Assembly (NCBI GenBank): GCA_032718475.1
Contig: JAUCBJ010008647.1
Location: 26,939 to 90,938 of the forward strand
Direction: 5' to 3'
Origin: Nemertoderma westbladi
Lineage: Eukaryota; Animalia; Xenacoelomorpha
Length of the DNA: 64,000 nucleotides
Shown: piece after piece, positions 63,290-64,000 of the stretch
Layout of the letters: every line of letters starts with the position of its first letter
Position numbering within the stretch: the first letter of the stretch is position 1
Notes under the pieces: model-generated
Told to the model about the DNA's origin: nothing
Databases searched by the model: none
Seen by the model: only the letters and a program-made list of their open reading frames with translations
Position numbers and translations under genes: made by a program

Positions 63290-64000
63290 TTAAGAATGCT
63301 GTGCCGGCTTATCGACAAAATTGCACCACCAGAACTCCCTATCACCCATGACATTTACTAGATCATCCGCATATTCAAGGCCAGTGTCCTTTAAGATGCG
63401 TCTCAAGAAAGTCATGGGCTGTCCACCATGCTTATTCACTCCATGAGGCTGCCAAAGTACAAGATTATGCACTGGCTGGTCCTCATGGCAAAAGCAATGT
63501 CCTGCAAAGCAGAGGCGATTTTGTTCTAGTGTCAAGCTGGGGGGAACCAATGAGACACCTCCAATGTTATATAGTGTCCGGTTGGAGATGTGTGCATTGT
63601 ACTTGACACAATGAACCCGGCGTAGCATTCTTGTGAATGTGCCATCCAGAGATTTGGTGTCCTCAGCAGTTAGAGCCCAGCATGGACTCCCATAGAGGAG
63701 TACTGGAACTACTGCTGCTCTAAATAATCGGACCTTAAGTTTCCGATTAATTCTCAGTGACTTCCAAATCCTGGAAAGCCTATTCAAGGCTGCCCATGCA
63801 TTTCCCTTACGTATTCGAAGGTCCTCACTTGACTTCAGGATCCATGATCCCAGGTAAGAGAAGTCATCTACATGCTCAATCATACCATCTTTTGAGCTTA
63901 GGCTCACCCGATCAGAGACTTGCTGAGGACTTTCAAAGTTAACTGTCAAAATTTTGGTCTTTCTGGAGTTAATAAAAAGACCAACACTAGAAGCTGGTGT
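63290..64000 (-). mobile_element. RTE-type LINE, 3' portion of ORF
   Basis: DFSYLGS, RIRKGNAW, LLYGS..W, FTRMLRR, FAGHC motifs. Confidence 0.8.

Overview
Animal (invertebrate-like) nuclear DNA made almost entirely of repeats; it is not prokaryotic. The only host coding sequence I can support is a 321-bp minus-strand exon of a cation-type Cys-loop receptor subunit (39501-39821). Positions 1-39471 are a 42-bp satellite, apparently intronic, carrying three related BEL/Pao LTR retrotransposons: one truncated, one internally deleted and one 13.5-kb near full-length copy. Positions 40.4-64 kb are nested elements: a small inverted-repeat element, a split L2/Crack-like LINE, and a BEL pol remnant interrupted by a Mutator-like foldback element (9-bp TSD, 53-bp subrepeats). 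The foldback contains a Mag-type Gypsy element and an intact LINE, and further LINE/Gypsy fragments follow. The most interesting system is the BEL/Pao family. (1) It lacks a tRNA-type PBS; the 9 nt after the 5' LTR are instead the reverse complement of a co-varying 9-mer about 200-220 nt inside the LTR, suggesting self-priming. (2) One copy preserves exactly the primer + minus-strong-stop junction that model predicts. (3) The full-length copy has an extra ORF with a WRN/EXD2-like DEDDy 3'-5' exonuclease and three CCHC knuckles. Separately, two LINE families have ORF2 in frame with ORF1 behind a single stop codon, with no usable AUG. All calls are by eye; no database searches were run.
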